Positions 27,357 through 37,784 of a stretch of 64,000 bases of DNA are shown here, in pieces. Numbering within the stretch: position 1 is the first letter of the stretch; each line of letters begins with the position of its first letter. The notes below the pieces were generated by a model. The model was given only the letters and a program-made list of their open reading frames with translations. It searched no databases and was not told the DNA's origin. Origin of the DNA: Lewinellaceae bacterium (GTDB lineage: Bacteria > Bacteroidota > Bacteroidia > Chitinophagales > Saprospiraceae). Both the position numbers and the translations under genes were made by a program. The stretch lies in NCBI GenBank assembly GCA_947476195.1, contig CANJPT010000008.1:1084-65083 (forward strand). The letters are read 5' to 3'.

Positions 27357-27881
27357 TTAATTATCCGTAATCAGATCCCGGGCAAATAATATTTTTGGTT
27401 TCCAGTAGGTGGATTGACTAATATTTTCAACGATCACCCCGCGACTACTTGTACTGTGCACACAAGTGATACCATCAAGACCACGGCTTACAACGAGGGC
27501 AACATGCTGTATCTTCTTTTTGCTGTCGCCAAAAAAAATCAAGTCGCCTGGCAGTACCTGGTCCAGTTCAACATACCGGCCTTCTTTAGCCTGTATCGCA
27601 GAGGCCGGTGAAGCGACCACACCGTATTCTTTCAACACATAACTCGTGAAGCCAGAACAATCGAAGCCCGTTTTAGGACTTTGACCTGCATATAAGTAGT
27701 TTACTCCAACGAATTTTTTACCATAATCAACCACCTTTTGCCGAAAAGGGTTAGAGATTGATTGGGCATGAGGTTTGTTTTCACCTGAACTAATGCCAGC
27801 TTTTTCGGAATACCGGGGCGTTGAACAAGCAAAGCCAAGTAAAACACATAAAGCAAAAAAGAACGGTCTGACTGTATTCAT
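27357..27881 (-). CDS. NlpC/P60 (C40) cell-wall peptidase
   Basis: GFDCSGFTSYV catalytic Cys context and H.ALVV. Signal/lipobox LLGFAC. Confidence 0.85.
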   Translation of the reverse strand: MNTVRPFFFALCVLLGFACSTPRYSEKAGISSGENKPHAQSISNPFRQKVVDYGKKFVGVNYLYAGQSPKTGFDCSGFTSYVLKEYGVVASPASAIQAKEGRYVELDQVLPGDLIFFGDSKKKIQHVALVVSRGLDGITCVHSTSSRGVIVENISQSTYWKPKILFARDLITDN

Positions 27882-27995
27882 AGCTGAAAAATATGCAAGT
27901 AAACACCGAAACGGGCCAGTTACGTGCGACTAATTGATTCTTTTTGATAAGTTTAACAATAAGCCTGCCAACTGCTGATGGTCCATACTTAATGC

Positions 27996-28985
27996 TTAAT
28001 TCATCCTATCCACTTCCATCACCAAATCCAAAAGCAGTCGGAGGTCCTGATAAAATTCCTGGACGACCTCAAAACTTATATTATTTGCAAAAAGGGATGG
28101 CTCCAATAAATTTCGGTCCTGACGCAACGCGAGGTAAATCTTGTCGCCAATGATGGAAAAGTAAATTTCTTTCTCCCGGCCAAATTCCTGAAAACGCTGC
28201 CGAAAGTCCAGAATTGCTTTTTGAAATTCCTCTGAAATTATGTCTTTGACCCGTACGTCAGGCGTCACATAAGTATCAAAAAACGTTTCAAATTCTGGCA
28301 AAAGCCCCTCTCGAATCCTTCGTCCGCCTATCAGATGAAAAGCACGTTCGCTGCGACTGAGGAATTTTCGATAGGTATCCGGCAGACTTAATACACCACC
28401 ATGCATATCCCAGCGCTGAAAATCAGCCACCATGAAAATACCTGAAAAAACAAAATTGAGTTGATTTCTCACTTCTGAGAATTCCTTTACACGCAATTCA
28501 CTGACCTCAAAAGGCGTTTCTCTGACTTGTCCCCGAATTAAATCCTCCCCGGAATAGTCATCAGCGTTTGTAAATATCCGGCTTTCCAGAAATTTTTGCA
28601 GCGGGATATAGCCTTTGGGGTCATATCCATCAAAGGAGAAGTTTACGTCATTGTCAATAAAATCAAGCAGTAGTGCCACCACACGAGGCTTAAATTCTTT
28701 AAAAAAAACCTGTACCCTAAATCCGAGATAAGTGATCCAAAGGCCCACAGGAATAAACAGGGCGAGCGTAACCGCAAAAATGGAAAGGTAGAGCTGAAGC
28801 ATCACTACCCCCAGCAACATGAACCCGGAAAGCAACAGCAGCCGAATAAGACCGCGCCGCCTTTGCTCCATATTAACCAGCTCAGGGTAGATGCTCTGGT
28901 TGTAAAAAAGTCGAAAATCGTGATAGGCTGATTGCACGCCCAAATGTAGGGGCTTTCCACTTGTTGAAAACTTCCCCCGCCTCAT
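27996..28985 (-). CDS. DUF3137-like membrane protein
   Basis: Two central TM helices, then the Y.GEDLIRG....PFEVSEL..K pattern I associate with DUF3137. Start at ATG 28985 avoids overlap with the smc upstream region. Confidence 0.5.
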   Translation of the reverse strand: MRRGKFSTSGKPLHLGVQSAYHDFRLFYNQSIYPELVNMEQRRRGLIRLLLLSGFMLLGVVMLQLYLSIFAVTLALFIPVGLWITYLGFRVQVFFKEFKPRVVALLLDFIDNDVNFSFDGYDPKGYIPLQKFLESRIFTNADDYSGEDLIRGQVRETPFEVSELRVKEFSEVRNQLNFVFSGIFMVADFQRWDMHGGVLSLPDTYRKFLSRSERAFHLIGGRRIREGLLPEFETFFDTYVTPDVRVKDIISEEFQKAILDFRQRFQEFGREKEIYFSIIGDKIYLALRQDRNLLEPSLFANNISFEVVQEFYQDLRLLLDLVMEVDRMN

Positions 28986-29083
28986 TTCTTTCTCAAGCCG
29001 TATTTTCGCGCACTTCTTGTACCCTAGGAACAATGTTCCGATTAACAAACCATACCTCAGGAACTACGTTTCGGGGCACTGAT

Positions 29084-32000
29084 ATGCGGCTAAAATCATT
29101 AGAAATAAAAGGATTCAAATCCTTCGCCAACGAAACCGTATTGCACTTCAATGCAGATGTAACGGGAGTAGTAGGCCCCAATGGCTCAGGGAAAAGCAAT
29201 GTGGTAGATGCTATTCGCTGGGTTTTAGGTGAACAAAAAAGCAGCCAACTTCGCCTGGATAAAATGTCCTCGGTTATTTTCAATGGCACTAAAAAGCGAA
29301 AGGAAGGCCAAATGGCGCAGGTTACGCTTACGTTTGACAATACAAAAAACGTATTGCCAACTGATTATACAAGCGTTGCTATCAGCCGGATTCTTTTCCG
29401 AAGCGGAGAGAGTGAATACAGACTTAATGGAGTCAGTTGCCGACTCAAAGATATTACCTCGCTTTTTTTGGATACTGGTATTGGGCCCGATAGTTATGCC
29501 ATTATTGCGCTCAATATGGTGGAGGATATGCTTTCAGATCGGGAGCAAGCCAGGCGAAAAATGTTTGAGCAGGCCGCCGGTGTAAGCAAATATAAAGCTC
29601 GAAAACATGAAACACAGCAAAAACTGGAGGCTACAGCCGGCGACCTCGATAGGGTAGAGGACCTCCTTTTTGAGATTACGGACCAGCTTAAGAAACTTGA
29701 AAAACAAGCCGAACGCGCACAGAAATATTATGAACTTAAGGCTGAATATAAAACGATCAGTGTCGAATTAGCCGTAAACAACCTGGCCCGCCATAAAAAA
29801 ACCTATAAAGAATTAGAAAGCCAAATCACCCGGGAAGAAGACAATTACCGCAGTACCGAGGCTATGACCCGACTGCTGGAAGCCGATACAGAAGCCAAGC
29901 GAAAAAGTCATACAGACAAGGAAGCCAGTCTCAGCGCGCAACAACAGCATGTAAATCAGCTTACCGGACGCATTCGTGGAAAAGAAAATGAAAAGGCCAT
30001 GCTGGAGCAAAAACGCTCTTTTGTCAACAATGACCTGCAACGCCTGAACGACCAGATCGCCAACAGTGGCAACGCGAATCGTTCGCTTGATGCTGAGATC
30101 GAAGATTATCAGACTGACCTCAATTACGAGCGAAATCTGGAGGGTGAGTTCGAAATATCACTTTCCGAAGCCCAAAAAGGGCTGGAAAAAGTCCGCTCCG
30201 ACCACAACCTTATGAAGGGTAGCCTCGATGAGTTTGTCAAAGAGCAACAGGGGCTTGAGCGAATCATTGTTGATTTCGAAAAGACAAAGGCAATTCAGTC
30301 GAATCAAATTGAAAACCTGCGCCGGGATGTGGAGCGAACACTCGGCGACATTGCCACCCGCCGCGAGGAAATGAAATTGTTGGAGAAAAACCTCGGGGAG
30401 CAAATTAAGATCGAATCAGCCCAGACAAAAAAGATCACTGAACTTGATGCGGCTGAAACTAAGCGGAAGGCCGATTTAACAGTTTCAGAGCAACAACAAG
30501 ACGGGCTTGCAAAAAAGCTCGCAGACCACAACCGCAGCCTGGATGCCCGCCGAAATGAGCAAAAACTCACCAAAAGTATGGTCGAATCGCTCGAGGGCTT
30601 TCCCGAGAGTATTAAATTTTTGAGCCAGGACAAGGAATGGGCCAAACGTTGCCCTTTGCTTTCTGATATGCTTTATGTCAGGGAGGAGTATCGGATCGTG
30701 ATTGAAAACTATCTCGAAAACTACCTCAACTATTACGTCGTTCCTAACGCCGCGGAAGCTGTAAAAGCCATCGGACTGCTTGGACAAAGCCAAAGAGGGC
30801 GTGCTAACTTCTTTATGCTGGATGCTTTCCAGGATTACCACGCACCACTCACCCTACTACCCGGAGGGATCAGAGCCATTGAGGTGGTGGAAGTTGAAGT
30901 GCAATACCGGCCTTTGATGGAGTTTTTATTGGAGAATGTGATTATCTCAGAAGAAACACTTCTGGCAGCAACCAGTAGTGTTGACATGACCATCCTTTCT
31001 AAATCAGGGACTTTTATCAAAAGAAAGTTCTCCATGTCTGGTGGTTCAGTTGGACTTTTTGAAGGGAAAAAGATTGGCAGAAAAAAGAATCTGGAGATCC
31101 TGGAGACGGAGATCAAGAAATTGGAAAGCACTGAAAACCAATTAAATGCACAACTAAGCGCCCTCCGAACCCATATTACTGCACTTCGGAATGCAGACCA
31201 ATCGTCTATACTTCAACGCGAACGGGAAGTCCTCAATCGTTTGAGTCAGGAGAAGGCTGGAATGCAGGCAAAACTGGACAATATTGCTGCGTTCGTTGCC
31301 AATTTTGATACTCAGGCAGGAGATGCCAACCAGCGAATCGCAAGCATGACCGAGAGTAACCTGCTCATTGAACAACAATTGCAGGAAAAAACAGCCGCAG
31401 CGGATGCCCTGCGTGCCAGACTAAACAATGCAGATGGCTCCTTCCGCGATGTAGCCGAACAACTCAGTCATGCCAGTGCCGCTTTTAACCAGAAAAATAT
31501 TGAGTTCATCCGACAGCAAAACAAGGTAAATACCTTAAGGCAGGAGCTCACCTTTCGGGAAAACCGACGCAATGATCTGCGCCAGATTTTGGCTACAGCC
31601 CAGACCAATTTGGCCCGAAATAATGATGAAATTGGGTTGATTGAAATTGATATCCAGCGAATTACGACCGAATTGACGACCGCATACGCGGAAAAGAAGG
31701 AAAAGGAGGCCGCGCTCAGTGGGGTTGAGCAATCTTATTTCAAAGCAAGGAATGAGATACATGAATTAGAGAATAAACAACGGGACAACTTCCGCAAGCA
31801 ACAGGATCTGCAAGCGCTAGTGAATCGACTGAAAGAAAAGTTCAATGACGTAAAATTTGAGATCACAGCTATTGGCGAACGACTCCGAGCGGAGTTTGGC
31901 ATCGGAGTCAATGACATCATTAACCAAGAACCAAACCCTGAATATCAACGGGATACACTTGAGCGTGACGTGAATAATCTAAAACGCCGCCTCGATAATT

Positions 32001-32632
32001 ACGGCGAAATCAATCCTATGGCCATTGAAGCATACAATGAGATCAAGGAGCGTCATGATACCATTGCTGGACAGCGTAACGACATTCTAGAAGCCAAGGA
32101 GAACCTCATTCAAACTATGAAGGAGATCGAGGAGACTGCAACCGCCCGTTTTCTTGAATCTTTTGCGCAGGTACGGGAGAATTTTATCAACGTTTTCCGC
32201 ACTCTTTTCACAGAGGATGATTCCGCTGATCTGCTATTGAGCAATCCGGACAACCCACTGGACTCTGACATTGTCATTATTGCCAAGCCCAAAGGCAAGC
32301 GCCCACAAACGATAGCTCAACTTTCCGGAGGAGAAAAAACCCTCACAGCCATCGCCTTGCTTTTTGCGCTTTACCTACTCAAACCAGCACCCTTCTGTAT
32401 CTTCGACGAAGTAGATGCTCCGCTGGATGATGCAAATATTGAAAAATTCAATCGGATTATACGACAGTTTTCTAAGGATTCTCAGTTCATCGTGGTGACG
32501 CATAACAAAGCAACCATGGCTGCCGTAGATACGATTTACGGAGTATACATGCCAGAACAGGGCATTTCAGCGGTAACACCCGTCGATTTCAGGAAATTGG
32601 GGCATGATGCGATGGTTTTTGAGGCGAGCTAA
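29084..32632 (+). CDS. smc: Chromosome segregation protein SMC
   Basis: MRLKSLEIKGFKSF...GPNGSGKSN Walker A, long coiled coils, a hinge, C-terminal LSGGEKTL signature and FCIFDEVDAPLD Walker B. The track ORF N-terminal extension (from 28961) is rejected. Confidence 0.95.
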   Translation: MRLKSLEIKGFKSFANETVLHFNADVTGVVGPNGSGKSNVVDAIRWVLGEQKSSQLRLDKMSSVIFNGTKKRKEGQMAQVTLTFDNTKNVLPTDYTSVAISRILFRSGESEYRLNGVSCRLKDITSLFLDTGIGPDSYAIIALNMVEDMLSDREQARRKMFEQAAGVSKYKARKHETQQKLEATAGDLDRVEDLLFEITDQLKKLEKQAERAQKYYELKAEYKTISVELAVNNLARHKKTYKELESQITREEDNYRSTEAMTRLLEADTEAKRKSHTDKEASLSAQQQHVNQLTGRIRGKENEKAMLEQKRSFVNNDLQRLNDQIANSGNANRSLDAEIEDYQTDLNYERNLEGEFEISLSEAQKGLEKVRSDHNLMKGSLDEFVKEQQGLERIIVDFEKTKAIQSNQIENLRRDVERTLGDIATRREEMKLLEKNLGEQIKIESAQTKKITELDAAETKRKADLTVSEQQQDGLAKKLADHNRSLDARRNEQKLTKSMVESLEGFPESIKFLSQDKEWAKRCPLLSDMLYVREEYRIVIENYLENYLNYYVVPNAAEAVKAIGLLGQSQRGRANFFMLDAFQDYHAPLTLLPGGIRAIEVVEVEVQYRPLMEFLLENVIISEETLLAATSSVDMTILSKSGTFIKRKFSMSGGSVGLFEGKKIGRKKNLEILETEIKKLESTENQLNAQLSALRTHITALRNADQSSILQREREVLNRLSQEKAGMQAKLDNIAAFVANFDTQAGDANQRIASMTESNLLIEQQLQEKTAAADALRARLNNADGSFRDVAEQLSHASAAFNQKNIEFIRQQNKVNTLRQELTFRENRRNDLRQILATAQTNLARNNDEIGLIEIDIQRITTELTTAYAEKKEKEAALSGVEQSYFKARNEIHELENKQRDNFRKQQDLQALVNRLKEKFNDVKFEITAIGERLRAEFGIGVNDIINQEPNPEYQRDTLERDVNNLKRRLDNYGEINPMAIEAYNEIKERHDTIAGQRNDILEAKENLIQTMKEIEETATARFLESFAQVRENFINVFRTLFTEDDSADLLLSNPDNPLDSDIVIIAKPKGKRPQTIAQLSGGEKTLTAIALLFALYLLKPAPFCIFDEVDAPLDDANIEKFNRIIRQFSKDSQFIVVTHNKATMAAVDTIYGVYMPEQGISAVTPVDFRKLGHDAMVFEAS

Positions 32633-32991
32633 ACGCAGCACTTGCTCCGACTGCTATGACTCAACTGATCTTGCTAAGGTGCCTGGCCTGGGCTGACATA
32701 CAACATATCGTCCTGCAACAGTTCCAAAAATACTTATTACCAACTGATTATCAATAAGGTAGCTTCCAATAACCAGATTGCCCAGCGTGGATTGCCCACA
32801 AACGGGATAAACCTCCACATCTCTTTAATTGGTGACAATATTTGTCTTCAAAGTTTCAAAAGCCGAATTTGATGTTCGGGCACCCAAAAGCATTATTTAC
32901 TTTCAGCCCCGAAATTTGCATTCGGAGATTTTCATGCACATTGCATGCTTCCTTAATGCGGATCAAATTCTTAACTTAGCTATCCTTTTAC

Positions 32992-35900
32992 ATGTTCAAC
33001 TTGAAAAGAAATCTGCTTTTCGCACTGCTTCTTTTATTTGCAGGAAAATTATTTGCCACCCACATTGTCGGTGGAGGCATGACGTATGAATGTCTTGGGC
33101 CATCCGGAAATGGGATTTTATACCGGTTTACCATGAAAGTTTACCTGGATTGTTTCAATGGCACAACCTCATTCGATAATCCGGCACATATAGCTATTTA
33201 CAGCGGTACTGAACAATCTAACACCCGGATCGCTTCCTTCAATGTAAACCTTGCCTCCCAACAAAACATCAGTATCACGCAGCCAGACTGTATTGATAAT
33301 CTCCCTTCGATCTGTTTAAAGGAAGGTATTTATACCTGGGAACGCGTTCTGCCTCAGAGTGCTCAAAGTTATTTTGTTGTTTACCAACGCTGTTGCAGGA
33401 CCAATGCAATTACGAATATTATTAATCCGCAAGCAACGGGTGCCACTTATTCGGTAGAAATCACCCCGGCTGCCCAACTAGTATTAAACAATAGCCCCGT
33501 ATTCAATACCTTCCCTCCAGTGGTTATTTGCAACAATTATCCGCTGGAAGTGGACTATTCGGTAACAGACCAGGACGGTGATCAGCTGGTTTATAGTTTT
33601 TGTGCACCATATTCAGGAGGCAGTCCCAATGGAAACGGGTGTAATAATCCGGCTCCCAATCCTCCCTGTGGGCCAGAGTTTGATGAAGTTGTTTTTGCGT
33701 CACCGGCCTATTCTGCAGGTGCACCTATGGGGGGCAATCCAGTGGTTCAAATAAACGCCCAAACTGGAGTGATCAGCGGTACGCCGTTGTTGAACGGTCA
33801 GTATGTGGTCGGTGTTTGTGTGGAAGAATACAGGAATGGGCAATTACTTTCTGTCACAAGACGTGATTTTCAGTTCAATGTGGCCCCTTGTGCGCCTCAG
33901 GTAACTGCATTGGTCGCTTATGATGAGATTGCAGGGCCGAAGCAATATATTATCAGAAAATGCGACGGTTCAACTAATGTTACCATTACCAATGAGAGCC
34001 TTTCCGCAGCCAACGCTCCCTTTCAATGGACATTTGACCTGAACGGAAGCACGCTCCAAAATAACACTGATTATAACCTTTCGGTGAATTTTCCTGGTTT
34101 TGGGGTTTATAACGGCACCCTGGTCCTCAACGCAGGTTTGGATTGTGGAGATACGGCATTTATTAGCGTAGAATTGTACCCGCCAGCATCCCTTAACCTG
34201 GGCCCGGATATCGTTCTTTGTAAAGATAGTACCGTTGTGCTGGATGCTGGAACGGGCTTTACCTCCTACCATTGGCAAGACGGCTCTACCGCACAGACTT
34301 TAAACGCAACGGCTTCAGGGATTTATCACGTTACAACCACTGATGCATGTGGGAAGGAATTCAGGGATTCTGTCCGTTATATTCTTAAACCGATTATTGA
34401 CCCTCTATTGTCGGATCAAAGTATTTGCCCTGGCGGATCTGTTACATTCAATGTACCCGGCTTTACTCAATATTTATGGTCCCCAGCCGCAGGGCTGAGT
34501 TGTACAAACTGTGGGCAAGTCACTGCTCAGCCAAGCATCAGTACGGACTACCAACTTGTCATAAAAAATGATGTTGGCTGCACTTTTCAAACCAATCTCC
34601 TGGTCACAGTATTGCCCACCCCTAAGGTCACCAGAGTGATTAAATTTTTCTCCAATCAATCAGTTACGCTTGGTGGTCAGTCCTATACGCAACCAGGTAC
34701 CGTAGTATTGAATGTTCCCTCCACCACAGGTGGTTGTGATTCTTTGAATACTTATATGCTAGAACTCCTCCCGACAACGCTTACCCTACAGTGTCCGTCA
34801 AACTTGACCGTAGCATTGCCTAATAACGGTGTTTCAGCGGTCGTTAACTATGCGCTTCCGGTCTCCACCACGAACTGCCCAGGGACGCAACCTGCCGCTC
34901 AGCTACAACAGGGACTAGCTTCTGGCGGAAATTTCCCAGCCGGTGTCAATACCGTATGCTATACAAGCTCCAATACCTGCGGGGACATCGCATCCTGTTG
35001 CTTTACCGTGACCGTTACGACCCTTGATATCCAATGTCCGATCTCACAGACCGTTCAGCTACCTGTCGCTGCCACAACGATCCCAGTGAGCTATCCGGTT
35101 CCATCCACAACCAGCAATTGCCCAGGTGCGGCAGCTACACTTACACTTTTGCAGGGATTACCCAGTGGTGGTGCATTCCCCCTGGGCCTCAAAAAAGTAT
35201 GTTATGAAGCCAAAAATGCCTGTGGAAATCGGGACACCTGCTGCTTTAATATCAGGGTATTAGATGCCCCAGATGCTTGTGATGTCAAGAATATTGGATG
35301 TATGCAGTATGAATTACTGGATATTCGCCTGGATTCCATTAAACAGCCAAGGTTTCGTATCCGCGCGACCAACTTTTGCACTTCAGAAGTAGATTACATC
35401 GCCATCGAATTGCCACCTGGCATTGTAGCCGTGACGCCAGAGAATGGCACCATTTACAAAGCACCTAATACGGGTAATCAGTATCTGGTACGCAATCCAA
35501 ATGGCTCTCCGTTCTATTCCACCCGTTATCGCTCTATGGGAACAGGGATAGCCAATGGCGAAGCAGATGTGCTCGAACACCGACTCCCGCAACAATCTTT
35601 GCCGAATAACTATATCCACATTACGGGTAAGCTAAAAAACGGGCAGGCTTTTGAAGCCTACCTGAACACGTTCAATTGCCCGATACAGCCTTGGGCTGGC
35701 TCGAAGGAAGAAAGTGATTCTGAACCGTTAGAGGAGCGAAACCAAACGCACAATTTTGCGATTCGTCCAAACCCAACCGATGGATTGCTTTTTGTTGATC
35801 TAAGCCAATGGAAGAATCAATCGGTGCAGATTCAGGTGCTGAATGCCCAAGGCCAGCTGGTCGTGAATCGCGGCATTGAGGTCGGAGATGAATGGCTGGA

Positions 35901-36000
35901 AATGAATCTAAACCCGGTCTTGGCCAATGGACTGTATTATTTAGTGGTGCAGCCTGTCGGAGGAGCTAAGGTGGCTACAAGATTCGTTTTGGAACGATAG
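32992..36000 (+). CDS. T9SS-sorted cell-surface protein with two HYR-like repeats
   Basis: Signal peptide and N-terminal THIVGGGMTYECLG module. Two roughly 78-aa repeats (CP.N.TV.LP......V.Y..P..T.NCPG......L.QGL.SGG.FP.G...VCY...N.CG....CCF.V.V) at about 34785-35260. C-terminal ...RPNPTDGLLFVDL...VQIQVLNAQGQLV...GLYYLVV resembles a T9SS type A sorting domain. Confidence 0.75.
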   Translation: MFNLKRNLLFALLLLFAGKLFATHIVGGGMTYECLGPSGNGILYRFTMKVYLDCFNGTTSFDNPAHIAIYSGTEQSNTRIASFNVNLASQQNISITQPDCIDNLPSICLKEGIYTWERVLPQSAQSYFVVYQRCCRTNAITNIINPQATGATYSVEITPAAQLVLNNSPVFNTFPPVVICNNYPLEVDYSVTDQDGDQLVYSFCAPYSGGSPNGNGCNNPAPNPPCGPEFDEVVFASPAYSAGAPMGGNPVVQINAQTGVISGTPLLNGQYVVGVCVEEYRNGQLLSVTRRDFQFNVAPCAPQVTALVAYDEIAGPKQYIIRKCDGSTNVTITNESLSAANAPFQWTFDLNGSTLQNNTDYNLSVNFPGFGVYNGTLVLNAGLDCGDTAFISVELYPPASLNLGPDIVLCKDSTVVLDAGTGFTSYHWQDGSTAQTLNATASGIYHVTTTDACGKEFRDSVRYILKPIIDPLLSDQSICPGGSVTFNVPGFTQYLWSPAAGLSCTNCGQVTAQPSISTDYQLVIKNDVGCTFQTNLLVTVLPTPKVTRVIKFFSNQSVTLGGQSYTQPGTVVLNVPSTTGGCDSLNTYMLELLPTTLTLQCPSNLTVALPNNGVSAVVNYALPVSTTNCPGTQPAAQLQQGLASGGNFPAGVNTVCYTSSNTCGDIASCCFTVTVTTLDIQCPISQTVQLPVAATTIPVSYPVPSTTSNCPGAAATLTLLQGLPSGGAFPLGLKKVCYEAKNACGNRDTCCFNIRVLDAPDACDVKNIGCMQYELLDIRLDSIKQPRFRIRATNFCTSEVDYIAIELPPGIVAVTPENGTIYKAPNTGNQYLVRNPNGSPFYSTRYRSMGTGIANGEADVLEHRLPQQSLPNNYIHITGKLKNGQAFEAYLNTFNCPIQPWAGSKEESDSEPLEERNQTHNFAIRPNPTDGLLFVDLSQWKNQSVQIQVLNAQGQLVVNRGIEVGDEWLEMNLNPVLANGLYYLVVQPVGGAKVATRFVLER

Positions 36001-36051
36001 GAAACTTTTAATCGCCAGTTTAAAGCAGGTTTTCCCTGGTTATATGAATGA

Positions 36052-36093
36052 AACATGAGTCACACCGGAGTTTTGGTGTGACTCATGTTTTTA
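36052..36093 (+). terminator. Rho-independent terminator
   Basis: AACATGAGTCACACC (36052-36066) / GGTGTGACTCATGTT (36075-36089) followed by a T-run. Confidence 0.6.
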
Positions 36094-36099
36094 AGGATT

Positions 36100-36900
36100 T
36101 TACCTGACTTTCAAATAAGCTCCCCGCAACGCTTTAATTTTGTATTCAGGCATATCACCATCCTGACTAATGTTTTTGGTATCCCAAAGACGTAAGGTAT
36201 CTCCATGAACCTGCCATGCAACAGCAGTAGGTTCAGATTCCTTGCCTTTCTGAATGAAATACATCAAATTGAGTTGTGGGTTCTGGATCGAACCACCACC
36301 AATACCTGTGGGCCATGGCTCATAAGTATCAAAATCTCCGAAGTTGATCTGTGACCCATCCAAATGAAACTCTGAGAACGATGTATTGGCCATCTCCCCT
36401 TTTTTTGTCATATAGGTGTAGTTACCTGCAAGTCTTTTTCGACCCAGCGCGATGGTGACATTGTCAATGTTATGGACGGGAATACCGTCTTGAGCGACAA
36501 AATCTATAGGCCAGGCAGCATCTGTGCCTGCTGGGTGGACAATATGCAGCACACCAGTTTTTTCGTCTAAAGTTGCAGTAGAAGCTTTCCCATCAAACCC
36601 GTCAAACATTATTTCGAGGGTATTGGCTGCGCTGACCTTGAATGTTCCTATGCCTGCATCAGAAAGACAGGAGGTATACAGCAATGAGTCTTTAGCGGTG
36701 AAAACAAGTTCAGAACAGATCAGGTTTGAGAGCGTATCCACAATGTTATTCGCAAACAAAGCTTCGTTAAAGGGCTTCGAAACCCAGTATTTGTGGTTCA
36801 AAATGGCCGAAGCATCGGGAGCCACAGGGACTGAAGCCGGTGTATTTTTACAGGCTGTGAATACAGCAGCGAGCAGAAAGATTTTAACGTGTGATTTCAT
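36100..36900 (-). CDS. Hypothetical lipoprotein (distant paralog of 52916-53740)
   Basis: Lipobox LAAVFTAC, 266 aa. No family recognised. Confidence 0.55.
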   Translation of the reverse strand: MKSHVKIFLLAAVFTACKNTPASVPVAPDASAILNHKYWVSKPFNEALFANNIVDTLSNLICSELVFTAKDSLLYTSCLSDAGIGTFKVSAANTLEIMFDGFDGKASTATLDEKTGVLHIVHPAGTDAAWPIDFVAQDGIPVHNIDNVTIALGRKRLAGNYTYMTKKGEMANTSFSEFHLDGSQINFGDFDTYEPWPTGIGGGSIQNPQLNLMYFIQKGKESEPTAVAWQVHGDTLRLWDTKNISQDGDMPEYKIKALRGAYLKVR

Positions 36901-36961
36901 TTTTACTTATTAAAAAGTGATTTATCTTCAAAGTTAATATCTTTCTATTTAATTTTTCAAC

Positions 36962-37405
36962 TCATGGCGTATAAATATGAATGGACTGCCCGACCAGTTT
37001 CCATTTCCCTTCCACCTTTTCCAGGATTCTGATCTCGTACGAGTATGTATTGGCGCCATCTTTAGCAGTGGACACTTCCTCATGACTGACCCAGGCATTA
37101 TCGCCATGAATGCTCATTTTATAGTTGGAATTGATCGAGCTACCACCATCACCCATCGTTGCTGTAGAATCCTTCATCAGCGCTGGTGGCACATCATAGG
37201 TTTTTCCTGTTATGGCATTGGAGACCAATATTTTGCTGTAAGGCTGAATATGCCAGCAATCGGAATGGCCTTTAAAGTCGCTGGCCCTCCAGGTAGCAGA
37301 TTCTTTTTCAAGGAGTTCTTTTATAAGGACAGAGTCGTTCATAGCTGTATGACAATTGAGAAGCTGGGCGGCTATAAAAAGAATTATATAATATTTAATT
37401 TGCAT
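36962..37405 (-). CDS. Secreted NTF2-like/SnoaL-like small protein (tentative)
   Basis: About 147 aa with a signal peptide from ATG 37405. E.....W......H.D.W ... A.V.H...... ...Y..RILEK..G.WKLVG is reminiscent of DUF4440/SnoaL-like folds. Confidence 0.35.
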   Translation of the reverse strand: MQIKYYIILFIAAQLLNCHTAMNDSVLIKELLEKESATWRASDFKGHSDCWHIQPYSKILVSNAITGKTYDVPPALMKDSTATMGDGGSSINSNYKMSIHGDNAWVSHEEVSTAKDGANTYSYEIRILEKVEGKWKLVGQSIHIYTP

Positions 37406-37784
37406 AAGTAAAGGATAAATCAATGTCCAAATCGATAAGAGAACCCGGCTATAACAAATTGAGATTTATTCGCATTAGGAAGTACGGTCCCTCCGACAAT
37501 AACAATCTGAAACCGGTTATTACTTCAATTGAAAATGGGGTCAATCTTTTTTTTAATGGCATTAGGTAATCAAATGAATTCTCATCAAGCACGAACAAAA
37601 GTATACCTTCCACTTCTTTTCAACAACTTCTTAAAAGGGCTGACTCAAAAAAAAATCTTTTACATGCATTTCTGTTGTTACATCCAGATAAAATTCCCGC
37701 CACTTCCAAAACACGCTGTACTTTTGGATTTCAAATTCAAATAATCACACATCCTCTTACTATCAGCCTTAACTAACAAATTAT

